Below, one piece after another: positions 44,791 through 58,779 of a DNA stretch of 64,000 nt. A model generated the notes under the pieces. The model saw only the letters and a program-made list of their open reading frames with translations. It did not search any database and was not told where the DNA came from. Location: the NCBI RefSeq assembly GCF_009914755.1, contig NC_060932.1; one strand, 5' to 3'. Position numbers and translations under genes: made by a program. Origin of the DNA: the human T2T-CHM13v2.0 reference genome, Homo sapiens. How positions within the stretch are numbered: the stretch's first letter is position 1; each line of letters opens with the position of its first letter.

Positions 44791-46265
44791 ATCTATACAG
44801 GAGGTCATAGTAACATTTAGACATTTATTATTTGTCAAGGATAATCATTTGCACCTGCTTAACAGGGGCTTTGAATAAGAGCATATCAGAATCTATAGTA
44901 GAACCTTTCTGGGTAGGGACTTGGGAGTAGTATCATTTGAAAAACTGCCTAAGTGATTGTTAGACTCATTTATCTGTCCTCCATCAAGTTGAGACCTTTG
45001 TGGGCTAAATATTTTCTACTTTTCGTCTCCCATTTCAAATTATCATAAGATAATTAGTTGTCTTGTATTTCTTTCCCTTGCTCCTGCATTTTCTCTCAGG
45101 ATACAAAGGGAAGCTTCCCAGTTGAATGAACAATGATTTAGGAGAGTTTCCAGATTGTTTTAGTGTGCTTCAAAGTCTGTGTCCACAGTGACTCCTCTGG
45201 AATAGATATTATTATATATATTATGGCAAAGTCTGGATTGCAGCTAATTTCATCATTACTAATGCAAACAATTGCTTATCATTTATTGAATAATTCATTC
45301 TTTCCTTGTATGGAAGATGTTAAAATTCTAGCTCAGGTTCGTAACTTTAATCACTTATTTGAAAACAATCCTCTACAAAGTCTTAAGGATACTGTTTTGA
45401 TTGATTCTCACTGTAACAAGTAACTATAACTAATTTAGGATTTTCTGGCTAATTCTATTGTGCCTTGTAGTTTCTCCCTCCCACACCCTCAATATTGTTA
45501 ACTATTTCTGCCCTTGCCTAGATAGTATATGATAAATGTTTCCAAACTTGTTCTCAGCTACCATTTCTCATCCACCAGTTGGTATAGTGATGTCTCTCCA
45601 ATATCTAGCTGCAAAGGGCTCACCAGTGCCCCATCCCTGAGCTGCTTCCCCAGATTGCTCTTACTTCTTGTGATGATCCCAGTGCATTTTATCTCATTGT
45701 GATACTTCTCTGTAGCCATGCTGAGGAAGAAAAGAAAAACCCCTGCATTTAGCCCCTATCACTGTTTCAATCCAGCATGATTATCTCTAAGGAGATTACG
45801 TAGAGGCAAGCTTGCTTAGAGATAATTAAGGAGACTTAATTCATAAAATATCACTTTTTTTGTAAATATTATTTGTTTGTTTCTGCTGACAGCCCTTTCT
45901 ATGACTCAGACATGAATGAATAAAGACATGACTTGAGAACTACCTCTGAGCTAGAACACAATGCCAACTTCCGATCCCCCTCCCAACCAGCATTCCTTCT
46001 CCTGCCCAATCTTACTTCCAGAATATAATAATGTATTTGAAGTTTTACTTACTTTTAATGTTTGTTACATTTAAGAACTATTCTAGACCCCAATATGAAT
46101 CCAACAGCTGCTAAAAATTATTTGCAAAGGCATGACATGTTTTTTGCCATTTAAAAAAATTTTAATGAAACATTTGTTGTACTTTGAATAGAATTGCAAA
46201 AATAAGCAAATAACTAATTACTGTAATTACTTCTTTACTTTATAACAATATTTGTAATTTTGGCC

Positions 46266-46286
46266 AAAAAAAAAAAAAAAAAAAAA
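46266..46286 (+). repeat. (A)21 homopolymer
   Basis: Read directly; no adjacent SINE or LINE body is recognisable. Confidence 0.9.
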
Positions 46287-46859
46287 CCAGGCTAGTCTGA
46301 TGCTCATTTGTTCAAAAGGTTGATAATCTGGCCTCAGAACTGATACTTACAGGGTGAAATCCAGTCCAGAGCATTTTATTTCTTGCCTCTACTTCCAAAA
46401 TATCTACCAGTATTAATCATTTTTGTCAATATTGAAAATAGAAGAAGTTTCTGATTAAAGCATTCTGGATGTTTTTAGGTCTAACAAGCTGCTTGGGTGT
46501 AGCCACTCTTCAAACACCTACAGCGGCCTGAAATATGTTAGTAACACAGTAAAGTTACCTAAGCACTTTCCGCTATTGCACTCCTTTCTAACTTTTCGTT
46601 ACCCCTCCACAAACACAACCACTCCCAGAAGATAAAGATATTGTCAGTGAATAATTTTCTAGCATTTTGTGTGATGTTTCATAATGTGGTTTTAAATAAG
46701 AGACTTTCCAGTTGAAAGTACTATCTTTGAAAAATTGTTATTTTACTGAACATTAGAAGTACACAGCCTTTATTTCTCACATGAGCTAGAAATAAAGCCA
46801 CCCTCTATGAATAAGCCTTAGTTCTGTTCCTGCATTTATCCAAGTCCATCCTCAGTTTA

Positions 46860-47192
46860 GGGCATTTATACTTGCACCTTCTCCTGAAATCTTCTCATGG
46901 TTAACTTCTGAATCTCTTTCAGGTCTTTGTCATAAGATTCATATTCTACCTACTCAATCTAAAGTGGCTCTCTGGTCAATCTCTATAATATTACCATCTT
47001 TTATTATTTTTATATCCCTTATTATACTATAAATGATCTATTTTATTTATTTGTTTACTCATTTACTCATGCAAACTCTATGAGAAGGAGGACCTTGCCT
47101 GTTTTGATCAATGCTCTGTCTCTAGCACCTTGAAGAGTGGCTGCCACAGAAGAGAGACTCAGTAAATATTTATTATATGAATAAATAAATGG
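46860..47192 (+). mobile_element. L2a-like 3' end
   Basis: AAACTCTATGAGAAGGAGGACCTTGCCTGTTTTG...CTCAGTAAATATTTATTATATGAATAAATAAATG. Confidence 0.7.
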
Positions 47193-48022
47193 AAACTCAG
47201 TATCCTTATGTGAAAGAGGCTTAAATACATTGGAGGCATTGTATTAAAAAGAGTCAATTGTTGCAATAGGTCCCAAGGAATCAAAAAAAAAAAAAAACAC
47301 AGAAGGAAAAGGTGTTTTCAGAGTAGGCAGAAAGATTAGTCATACAGAATTTAAGAAGAAAATATTTTTAAATCTTAAGTTTTAAAGATTTGAGATATAG
47401 GAAGTGTTTACTATAAACAAAAGGGAGCTTTTAACAATTCCCACTTCCAAATTCGTTGCTATTATTATTAGCAGTGAAATGGTACAAGGTGGAGTAGCAG
47501 GTGGTCTTAATTCTATCTGTAATAAATCTCAACTATTAACCATTTGATGAAACAGGGAATCTGTGTGGCATTGACTGCCCTTACCCACAATAGATTTCAT
47601 TTTTAATCTTCTCAGAAAACGTAGTCAGCTCTGTCCTTGCTCTTAAGGGTCATTCAAAAGGGCTAGATGATAAAGGTACCGCTCCTGCCCTGAAAAACAA
47701 CAATTGTGTGATTCCTGATTCACTGTTGTCAGGGCAAGCAATCAGGCCATTGCCGTTATTTCTCCCATATGCAACCAATGAAAGGGGAAAAGAAACAAAC
47801 ATATTTCTGCTAGAGCACAAAGTTCTAAACTTTTTACTAAGATTTTCTCTTAAGGGTCTGAGTCATAAGGCCTGTTTAAGTTCTCTTGATCATTTCCCCT
47901 TGTAGATAGCAGATGAAAAACAAGGATCCCTACAAGATAAAAATTCAGGAGCAAATAAATTTAATGAAAAGAACAAACAGGCTGAGAAAATAAATTAAAC
48001 TAGTATTTGAAGTCCTACTACA

Positions 48023-48337
<315 letters not shown>

Positions 48338-51300
48338 CTAGCTCTGGGTAAACAACAGAATAGGTGATACTACTTTCCCATGAAGACAGACTTCTATCCT
48401 GGGTGACAAACTTACCTCTTGAGAAATCAGCAAACAGCAATGTTCCAAATGGATAAAGTACCAACATAATTTTTTTTTCATCTTTTATTTTAGATCCAGG
48501 GGCTGCACATGCAGGTTTGTTACAAAGGTATACTGTAGGATGCTGAAGTCTGGAATACAATTGAACTTATCACTCAGGTAGTGAGCATGGTACCCAACAG
48601 GTAGTTTTCAACCTTCCCCTCCCTCCTTCCACCCTCCAGTAGTCCTCAGTGTCTATTGTTTCCATTTTTATGTCCCTGTGTACTCAGTGTTTAGCTTCCA
48701 ACTATAAGTGAGAACATACAGTGTTTGAGTTTCATTTTCTGCGTTAGTTGTCTTGGGGTAATGGCCTTTAGCTGCATCCATGTTGCCACAAATGACATAA
48801 TTTCATTCTTTTTTATGGCTGCATGGTGTTCCATGGTGTGTATGTACCACATTTTCTTTAATCCACCACTGATAGGCACCTAGATTGATTCCATATCTTT
48901 GCTAGTGTGAATTGTTGCTGTGATGAACATACAGGTACATGTGACTTTTTGGTAGAACAATTTATTTTCCTTTGGGTATATACCCAATAAAAGTATTGCT
49001 GGGTTGAAAGGTAGTTCCATGTTTAGTTTTTTGGGAAATCTCCAAACTGCTTTCCACTACTTATTTACATTTCCACCAACATCATATTAGTGTTCCCTTT
49101 TCTCTGCAGTCCTGCCAACATCTGTTGTTTTTTGACTTTAATAGTAGCCATTCTGACTGGTGTGAGATAGCATCTCACTGTGGTTTTGATTTGCATTTCT
49201 CTGATGGTTAGTGATGATGAGCATTTTTTCATAAGTTTGTTTGCCTCTTGTATGTCTTCTTCTGAGAAGTTAATGTTTCATATCCTTTACCCATGTTTTA
49301 ATTGAGTTACTTGTTTTTTGCTTGTTGTTTTGTTGAAAAGTTCCATAATACCTTTGTCAGATGCATAATTTGCAAATATTTTCTTCCATTTTGTAGGTTG
49401 GCTGTTTACTCTGTTGATAATTTCTTTTGCTCTGTGGAAACTCTTTAGTTTAATTACGTCCCACTTGCCAATTTTTGTTTTTGTTGCAATTGCTTCTGAG
49501 GACTTAGCCACAAATATTTTTTGGTGGGGAGATCATATAGTTTTATGTGTGCAGATTTATTTCTGGGTTTTCTATCCTGTTCCATTTGTCTATGAGTCTT
49601 CTTTGTACCAGTGCCATACTATTTTTGGTTACTGTAGACTTGTAGTACAGTTTGAAATCTGGTAATGTGATGCCTCCCACTTTGTTCTATTTGCTTAGGA
49701 TTGTTTTGGCTATTTGGGCTCTTTTTTTCTTTCCATATGAATTTTAGAATTTTTTTTCCTAATTCTGTGAAAAATAAAGTTGGCAGTTTGATAGGAATAG
49801 CATGAAATCTGTAGGTTGCTTTGGGCAGTATGGCTATTTAAATGATACTGATTCTTCCAATCCATGAGCATGGAATGTTTTTCCATTTGTTTATGTCATC
49901 TCTGATTTTTTCAGCAGTGTTTTGTAATTTTCCTTGTAGAAATCTTTCACTGTCTTGGTTAGCTATATTCCTAGGTATTTTATTTTTTGTGGCTATTATA
50001 AATGGGACTGAATTCTTGATTTGGCTCTCAGCTGGAACATTATTGATGTATAGAAGTGCTACTAATTTTGGTACATTGAATTTGTATCCTGAAACTTTAC
50101 TGGTTGTTCTAGAAACCTTTTGGCAGAATATTTATGGTTTTCTAGGTATAGAATCATACAGTCGGTGAAGAGAGATAGTTTGGCTTCTTCTTTACTATTT
50201 GGATGCCTTTTATTTCTTTCTCCTGCCTGATTTCTCTGGCTAGGACTTCCAGTACTATGCTGAATAGGAGTGGTGAGATTGGGCATCCTTGTTTTGTTCC
50301 AGTTCTCAGGGGGAATGCTTCCAGCTTTTGCTCATTAAGTATGATGTTGGCTATGGAATTGTCATAGATGGCTCTAATTATTTTGAAGTATGTTCCTTTG
50401 ATGCTTAGTTTGTTGAGAGTTTTTATCATAAAGGGATGTTGGATTTTGTCAAAAGCTTTTTCGGTGTCTTTAAGATCATCATTTGGTTTTTGTTTTTAAT
50501 TCTGGGTATGTGGTGAATCATATGTACTGCTTTGCATATGTTGAACCAACCTTGCTTCACAGCAATAAAGCTTACTTGATTGTGATGAATTAACTTTTTG
50601 ATGTGCTGCTGGATTCAGTTTGCCAGTATTTTGTTGAAGATTTTTGTGCCTATGTTCATCAGGGATATTGGCCTGCAGTTTTCCTTTTTCATTGTGTCTT
50701 TGCCAGATTTTGGCATCAGGATAATGCTGGATTCATGGAATGTGTTAGGGAGGAGTTCATCTTCCTTGATTTTTTGGAATAACTTCAGTAGGATTCGTAC
50801 CAGCTCTTCTTTGTATGTCTGGTATAATTTGGTTGTGAATCCATCTGGTCCAGAACTTTTTTTGGTTGCTGGGTTTTTATTACTGATTCAATTTCAGAAC
50901 TCATTATTTGTCTGTTGATGGTTTAAATTTCTTCCTGTTTCAATCTTGGGAGGCTGTGTGTTTCCACAATTTATTCATTTCCTCGAGATTTTCTAGTTTG
51001 TGCTAATAGAGGTATTTATAGCAGTCTTTGAGGTCCTTTTGTGTTTCTGTGAGATTGGTTGTAATGTCATCTTTGTCATTTCTGATTGTGCTTATTTGGA
51101 TCATTTCACTTTTTTCCTTTGTTGATCTAGTTAGCAGTCTGTCAATCTTGTTTATCCTTTCAAATAACTAACTTTTGGATTTACTGATCCTTTGTATGGA
51201 TTTTCATGTCTCAATTTCATTCAGTTCTGCTCTGATTTAGTTATTTCTTTTGCTATCTTTTGAATTAGTTTGTTTTTGTTTTTCTAGTTCCTTTAGTTGT

Positions 51301-52376
51301 TATGTTAGATCATTAATTTGAGAGCTTTTTAAATTTTTAAGATAGGCATTTAGAGAGATAAACTTTCCTCTTAACACTGCTTTTACTGCATCTCAGAGAT
51401 TTTGGTATGTTGTGTTTCTCTCTTCATTTATTTCAAAGATTTTAAAAAACTTACTGCCTTAATTTTATTGTATCCACAAAAATCATTCAGGAACAATTGT
51501 TTAATTTCTACATAATTGTGTGTTTTCAAGAGATATTTTGGTTTTGATGTCTATTTTTATTCTATGGTGGTTTGAGAGTATGGCTGGTATGATTTCAGTT
51601 TTTTAAAGTTCATTGAGACTTGCTTTATGGCTGAGCATGTGGTTGATCTTTGTGTATGTTCTGTGTGCACATGATAATTATGTATATTATGTGGTTGACG
51701 GGTAGAATATTTTCTAGATGTCTATTAGGTCCAATTGGTCAAGTGCTGAATTTCATTGTTAGTTTTCTGCCTCAATGATCTGTCTAATGCTGTCAATGAG
51801 GTGCTGATATTCCCCACTATTATTGTGTGGCTAAGTCTTTTCTTAGATCTAGAAATACTTGTTTTATGAATCTGGATGCTCCAATGTTGTGTATGTATAT
51901 ATTGAGGGTAGTTAAACCTTCTTGTTGAATTGAACCATTTATCATTATATAATGTCCTTCTTTGTCCTTTTTAACTGTTTCTTGTTTAAAGTCTTTTTTA
52001 CTTGATATATGAATAGTGACCCCTGCTCTTTCATGTTTTTCATTCACTTGATAGATCCTACTCCATCTGTTTACTTTGAGCTTGTGGGTGTTATATTTGA
52101 GATGGGTCTCTTGAAGACAATATGCAGCTGGATCTTATTTTTCTATAAACTTTGCAACTCTGTGACTTTTAAATGGGGGCATTTAGGCCATTTACATCCA
52201 AGGTTAGCATTTATATAAGAGGTTTTAATACCATTGTGGTGATGTTAGCTGGTTGGTTTGTACTCTTGATTGTGTAGATGCTTTAGAGGATCTGTGGGCT
52301 ATGTACTTAAGTGTGTTTCTGTGGTGGCAGGTATTGTTTTGTTTCCATGTTTAGAGCTTCATTAAGGACCTCTTGT

Positions 52377-53128
52377 GGAAAAAGGAATGCTTTTACATGG
52401 TTGGTGGGAGTATAAGTTAGTTCAACCATTGTGGAAGACAGTGTGGCGATTCCTCAAAGGCCTAGAGGCAGAAATACCACTTGAGCCAGCAATCCCATTA
52501 TTGGGTATATACCCAAAGGAAAATAAATCATTCTATTATAAAGATACATGCATGTGTATGTTCATTGCAGCATTATTCACAATAGCAAAGACAAGGAATC
52601 CACCTAAATGCCCATCAATGACAGACTGGATAAAGAAAATGTGGTACATATTCACCATGGAATACTATGCAGCCATTAAAAAGAAAGAGATTATGTCCTT
52701 TGCAGTGACATTCATGGGGCTGGAAGCCATTATCCTCAGCAAACATGCAGGAACACAGAAAATCAAATACTGCATGTTCTCCCTTATAAGTAGGAGCTGA
52801 ATGATGAGAACACACGGACACATGGCAGGTGGAAAGGAATAACACACACTGGGGCCTGTCAGAAGATTGGGGGTAGGAGGAGGGAGAGCATCTGAAAGAA
52901 CAGTTATTGGATGCTGGGTTTAACACTTAGATGATAGGATGTTCTGTGCAGCAAACCACCATGGCACATGTTTACCTATGTAACAAACCTGTACATCCTG
53001 CACATGTACCCCTGAACTTAAAATTAAAGTTGGAGAAAAAAATTAACTAGAAGAAGAAAAACAAGAAGAAGAAGAAAACAAATCTGAGCTATTTGCGGCT
53101 CTATTGTGCGTAATTTATGTTAAAAGAA
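52377..53128 (+). mobile_element. 5'-truncated L1PA (about PA11-14) inserted antisense into ORF1 of the host L1
   Basis: ORF 52375..52800 is the ORF2 C-terminus ([19 protein letters not shown]...). The 3' UTR ends CCCCTGAACTTAAAATTAAAGTTGG. Decayed TSD AAGGACCTCTTGT (52364-52376) / AAGAACTTATTGT (53129-53141). Confidence 0.88.
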
Positions 53129-53881
53129 AAGAACTTATTGTTAAGCTAGTCTAGTGGTAATTAATTCCCTCAGCATTTGCTTGTATGGAAAAGATTTTAT
53201 TTTTCATTTGTTTATGAATCTTAATTTGATGGGGTATGAAATTCTTGGTTAGAACTTATTTTCTCTAAAGATGCTGAAAATAGGCCCCCAATATTTTCTG
53301 GCTTGTAAGCTTACTTCTGAGAAGTCTGCTGCTAGCCTGATGGGGTTCCTTTTGTAAGTGATCTGACTCTTTTCTGCAGGTGGCTTTAAGATTTTTTTCT
53401 TTCATGTTGACCTTTGAAAATCTAATGACTATGTGTCTTAAGGATGGTTGTTTTGTATAAAGTCTTGCTGGAGTTCTCTGAATTTCTTTAATTTGCATGT
53501 TGAACTGTCTAGTAAGATGATGGAAATTTTCGTGACCTATATTCTCAGTTATATGTTCCAAGTTACTCTCCTTCTCTCTCAAGAATGTCATTGGGTTGCA
53601 GGTTTGGTCTATTTACATAATCCCATGTTTCTTGTAGGTTTTGTTTGTTTTAAAAAATTTCTTTCTTTCTTAATTTTTCACTGATTGAGTTGATTTTAGT
53701 TCTGAAATTCTTTCCTCAGCTTATACTAGTCTGTTGTTAAGGCTTCTAACTGTAGTTTGAAATTCCTGTAGTAAATTTTTCAATTCCAGAAGTTCAATTT
53801 GGTTCTTTCTTAAAATGGCTATATCATCTTTCTACTGTTGGATTGTTTTACTGGCTTCCTTGGATTGGGTTTCAACTTTCT

Positions 53882-54148
53882 TTCTTTCTTTTTGTTTTGG
53901 AGACAGAGTCTCACTCTGTCTCCCAGGCTGGAGTGTAGTGGTGCGATCTTGGCTCACTGAAACCTCCGCCTCCAGGGTTCAAGAGGTTCTCCTGCCTCAG
54001 CCTCCTGAGTAGGTGGGACTACAGGCACGCGCCTCCACGTCCAGCTAATTTTTTGTATTTTTAGTATAGACAGGGTTTTGCCATGTTGGCCAGGCTGGTC
54101 TTGAACTCCTGACCTCAGGTGATCCGCCCATCTCAGCCTCCCGAAGTG
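53882..54148 (-). mobile_element. AluSx-like, 5'-truncated by about 33 nt
   Basis: Stops at CCCGAAGTG and lacks the A-box region. TSD TCAACTTTCT at 53872-53881 and 54149-54158. Confidence 0.92.
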
Positions 54149-56006
54149 TCAACTTTCTCTTGAATCTAATTGAGCTTCCTTGTCATCCATATTCTGAATT
54201 CTATGTCTGCCATTTCCACCATTTCAGTCTGGTTAGGATCCATTGCTGGGGAGCTAGTGAGATCCTTTGGAGGTTAGGCCACACTCTGTTTGAATTGGCA
54301 GAGTTATTGCACTGATTTTCATCTGAAAGGAGTGGTTTTTAAAAATCTTTTTAAAGTTGCTGTTGTTTGGATGGGGCTTTTTGTTTTTATATTCCTTTTT
54401 TCCCCTTGCATGTTTGACTGTAGTTTATGATGCATATGGACTACACAGTACAAATGTGCATCATTTCTGGGTGCTTTCGGAGGGCCAAGGCTCTGTACTA
54501 GTTCCTTAGTTGTGGCTAGATTCCTATACTGGGTTTCATAGGCAAGGTGTGCTGAAGGAATTTATTTTTGTTTGGTGGTGTAATTCAGGCTTCAATGCAG
54601 CAGATGGCACTTAAGAGTAAGGGCTGGCAGATGGGTTGTTGGACACATGCCTCTTTTGTATTTTCATGTGTTTGCAGCAGCAGTCTGGGGAGGGGGAAAT
54701 AAGTGGTAAGAGATGACCCCCTTCACCAGGTCCATTCCTGAGCCTTGGGGAAGCCCCCTCCAATCACTGACATTGTTTCTGTGTTTCCTTACCCCAAGGA
54801 TGGCCCTGGCGGGTTGCATTCTCCACCCCTTTTAGGAGCAGCCCAAGAGGAAGATTATGTTGCCAGGAGACCCATAACCACCCAGGCACCCACTGGTCCT
54901 CTGAGCTTGGCAGAGTCAGGGCAAGTTGTATTGTATGTCTGCAGGTGCTCTGGTGATGAAGTGGTTCAAGGGCAGAGGATCCTTGGTCCAGCCAATGGTG
55001 CTGTGGGTGTGCATCACACATGGTTCCCCTAGCCCAGGGATTTTTGCCCAGCAGACCTCTGTAGGGACCACCCAACTCATGCTCCCCATGACCAGGTCTC
55101 CCTCCAGTGTCTGCCCCAGACACCAGCCCAAGAAGCTAGATTTGTCCCAATCCTTCTGCACCCAGATTGCTGGGCTGTTGGATGTTCCAGGCCATGGGAC
55201 TCTCATGGGTAGAGGCTGTGGCTGGCAAACAGGCTACGCCCTTCTTGGACTGGTCTTATGGAGAGAAGAATGCCTAGCTCCTGCACGGGTACACCAACCA
55301 CCTCTCACTCTTCTTGGTGTTCTGAGAGTGGGGCTCCTCCCTGGCTTGAGCCAGGCCCCAGATCTCAGCTCAATGCACCTGAGCCTGTGTGGTTGAGACT
55401 GAGCCTGTGGCTTTTCCTCTGGCCCCTCAAGGTGGAGTAATGTCTGCGCGGGGTTGCTGAACTGCTCTTTGGCCGACAACAAAACACTCAGGTGGGGCAA
55501 TAGAGGCTATGCTGTGTGAATCCTCTTGTGGAGTGACCAGGCAGGGTCCTTGGGAAGGACCAGCAGACAAGAAGACACGCAGATCAGATGTGCCTAGTCC
55601 TGTGGCAAAGACAGCCCTGCTCTCTCTTGGCTCAGCAGGAACTAGAGCCACTCATAGCAAGCTAGAGAGCCTGGGGGCATGAGCACCTATGGTTGCATTT
55701 TGTTCCAGCTGTCCCAGGTGCAAAACCTTCTGGACTCTGCACAGGTTTGAGCTCTGCCTCTGCCTACTCTCTGAACCATTTCCCCCTGACAGTATAAATA
55801 TCTGGGAGTCCTGGGATCTCTTGCAATTAGGATCCCAGGGGTCCACGGCAGGAGAGTAGTGCTCTGCAGTTCCTTCACTCTAGGACCTGTTCAGAACCAG
55901 GAGGTGATCCTGGCACGCAGTAACTCTGTGCAGGCTTCCCAGCCTCTTCCCTCTTCAACTTTGGTGTTTTTGTCACCTTTCTATTGACTTTCAGTGTTTT
56001 CTCTCA

Positions 56007-56309
<303 letters not shown>

Positions 56310-57481
56310 AAAAAATCTGTTCAAAGTGTGATGGTTTACTTGAGATTTTGGTTTCTCTCTGTGGAGAAGCATTTCCTGGTTGCATCCAGTTGGCCATCTG
56401 GCTCTTTCCAGTATTATTATTAATAATTTTATACCATTCCTGTTCAACCATTCTATGGTCTATTGCAGCATCTTAGTTTTCCTAAAATGCTGTTCTGAGA
56501 ATAGAAATCTTCCCCTTTTGTTCATTTTCTTAAAGTCAAGCTTTTCTGCAAAGAGACCAAGGGTACCCAAAGGAAAGCCCTTCCCTTCATAAGCTTTGTC
56601 TTAGGTGAAAAGAGGAAAAGAGAGCATGACTGTTTTTCTCTTTCCCACCTGTCATTCTATTTCATCTTCAGCTTTTGCTTTTAGAAGAGCAACATACATT
56701 TTCCTTTTTTGAAAATGATATTTCATTACCCATAGGCTTTTAATTAATTCTCATAATTGAAATTATGTCAACAGAGGGTTAAATTAGTATTAGGTAGAAC
56801 TTAAATTGTTTTTTCCCTAAATGTAATAAACTTTCACCTTCTGCTAATTAAAAAGGAAAGTAAGCCATTAAAATATAATCACAGTTCCTATTTTCAATAA
56901 CATACACTTCAGTTAGCCTTATCATAAACTACATTTTTATAAAAATATCAAATTTTTCTCTTTAGAATGCTCCTAAAATCAGAAGTCGTCTTTCTGATAT
57001 AGAATTAACACCGAATTCATAAATGATTCTCAAATTTTTAATCTGACAGTTCTTGTGAAAAATGCTGCACCAAATATATGTAATACCATCGTGTGATCAA
57101 AGTACAATTGTCTTAACATAAAATATTACTCTATTATGTATATGTTGGTCTTTCAAAATAATATTATATCTTAACTGTTTTTAGAAATAGCATTTGTTTT
57201 TCCTTTTATATTCTTTCATGTATTGATCAGTTTAGTCACCTGCTAAAATGCACAAGCAGACAAATAGGCATTTGACAAAAGTTTAAGGAAAACATATGGA
57301 GGAATCTATTATTGAGGGTTTGTTAATCACACACACACACATACATACATGAGCAGACACACATTGTTGTATATGTTTTGAACGGGAATAGATTACCAAC
57401 ATCAGACTTTAGCAGAGAAACACGTCAGCCCAATTCAGAACATATTAATGTACTAAGAAAGTGATGTGTGAAATTCAGTGA

Positions 57482-58499
57482 CAGTAGTCTTCTATGATCT
57501 GCAAGGGCTATGTTCCAGGATCCCAGTGAATGCCTAAAATTGTGGATACTACTGAACTCTATATACACCATGCTTTTTCATATATATATGTATATAAATA
57601 ATAACTAATAATAAAATATAACAATTATGACAAATACTGTAAGAAAATTGCATGAAGTGGCCTCTTTTTCTCTCTCTAAATATCTTATTATATTGTACTT
57701 ACCCATCCTCTTTTGATGGTGTGATATGATAAAATGCTTTGCATATCCCAATTAACCTGATTTGATCTTTATACATTATATTATTGTATCAAAGTATCAC
57801 ATGTACCCTAAAATATGTACATCTCTTATGTATCAATAAAAAATGGCTTCCTATGGGCTCAGTGTTTTCCGGGGCAACACAGATGTTGTCAATTGAAACA
57901 CATTTCTGTTCATATCACCTGCTAAAAAATTCAATGCTTTTTCCACCTTAACTTTGCACTTATCATGTACTGTGGCCATAATTTTTGCAGTCTGAGGTGT
58001 GATCGCAAAACTATCACAAATTTCTTTTTCCTTCTTCACAATTTCATGGATAAAAAAGATTCATTCTTACTGTAGATCTTAGCAACCTCAGCATAAAATT
58101 TTTATGTCTTCTTATTAAATAGAGAAATTTTACCTTTCCACTTAAGCTCTTTATGGCTTCTCTTTGGCTATCCAAATTGCCAGCATGAATACTCTTGTAC
58201 TTTGGGAATCAAGTAAGGGTATTTGGATCCAAGCACTGACAGTTGATCTGATAACTGAGAAGGCTATTGAGTGACTTATAGGCTGGTAGAACAGGCAGCG
58301 TGGATACACCGGACAGAGGGAGGAGTCACATCCTCTGCAGAATGATGCAAGATTTCATCATGCTACTCAGAAAAGTGTGCAATTTAAAATATATAAATAG
58401 TTTATTTCTAAAATTTTCCATTTAATATTTCTCAGACTACAGTTGACCATGGGTAACTGAAACACAGGAAGTAAAACAGTGAATAAAGGGATACTACTA
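57482..58499 (-). mobile_element. Tigger7/MER44-type TcMar DNA transposon, internally deleted
   Basis: Decayed TIRs (CAGTAGTC... at left, ...GGGATACTACTA at right). ORF 57851..58039 (-) MKKEKEICDSFAITPQTAKIMATVHDKCKVKVEKALN resembles the N-terminal region of a pogo/CENP-B-type transposase. Confidence 0.8.
57739..57843 (+). mobile_element. About 100-bp L1MA-type 3' terminus nested in the Tigger element
   Basis: CCTGATTTGATCTTTATACATT...ATCACATGTACCCTAAAATATGTACA...TATCAATAAAAAA. Flanks AAAATGCTT / AAAATGGCTT. Confidence 0.7.
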
Positions 58500-58779
58500 T
58501 ATGTATATTGTAAATATTATTTAAACTGTTAATATAAAGCACTAAATTGAAGTCCAATTTCTAAAAAGTAGACATACTTCAAAGATTGATTATTAAAAAT
58601 GTACTTACAAAATTTAAATGTAAAATTATTGTAGTATAATAATGAACATTGATAATTTTTTATATTGATATATTTAAATAACACTAAGCTAATTGTTTTA
58701 TTAGAATTTACAATTTTCTTTTTGTTTTTGATGGATCAATCTTTTTTAAACCTTTTCCAAAGGTTTTTTCCAAAAGATT

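Noticed and set aside
44860-44965. Possible MER5-type hAT fragment
   Set aside because: The resemblance is too short and degenerate to support without an alignment.
54745-55878. Cluster of overlapping 60-156 aa ORFs suggesting a gene
   Set aside because: They lie in the GC-richer 5' UTR of the old L1, occur on both strands and show no recognisable domain.
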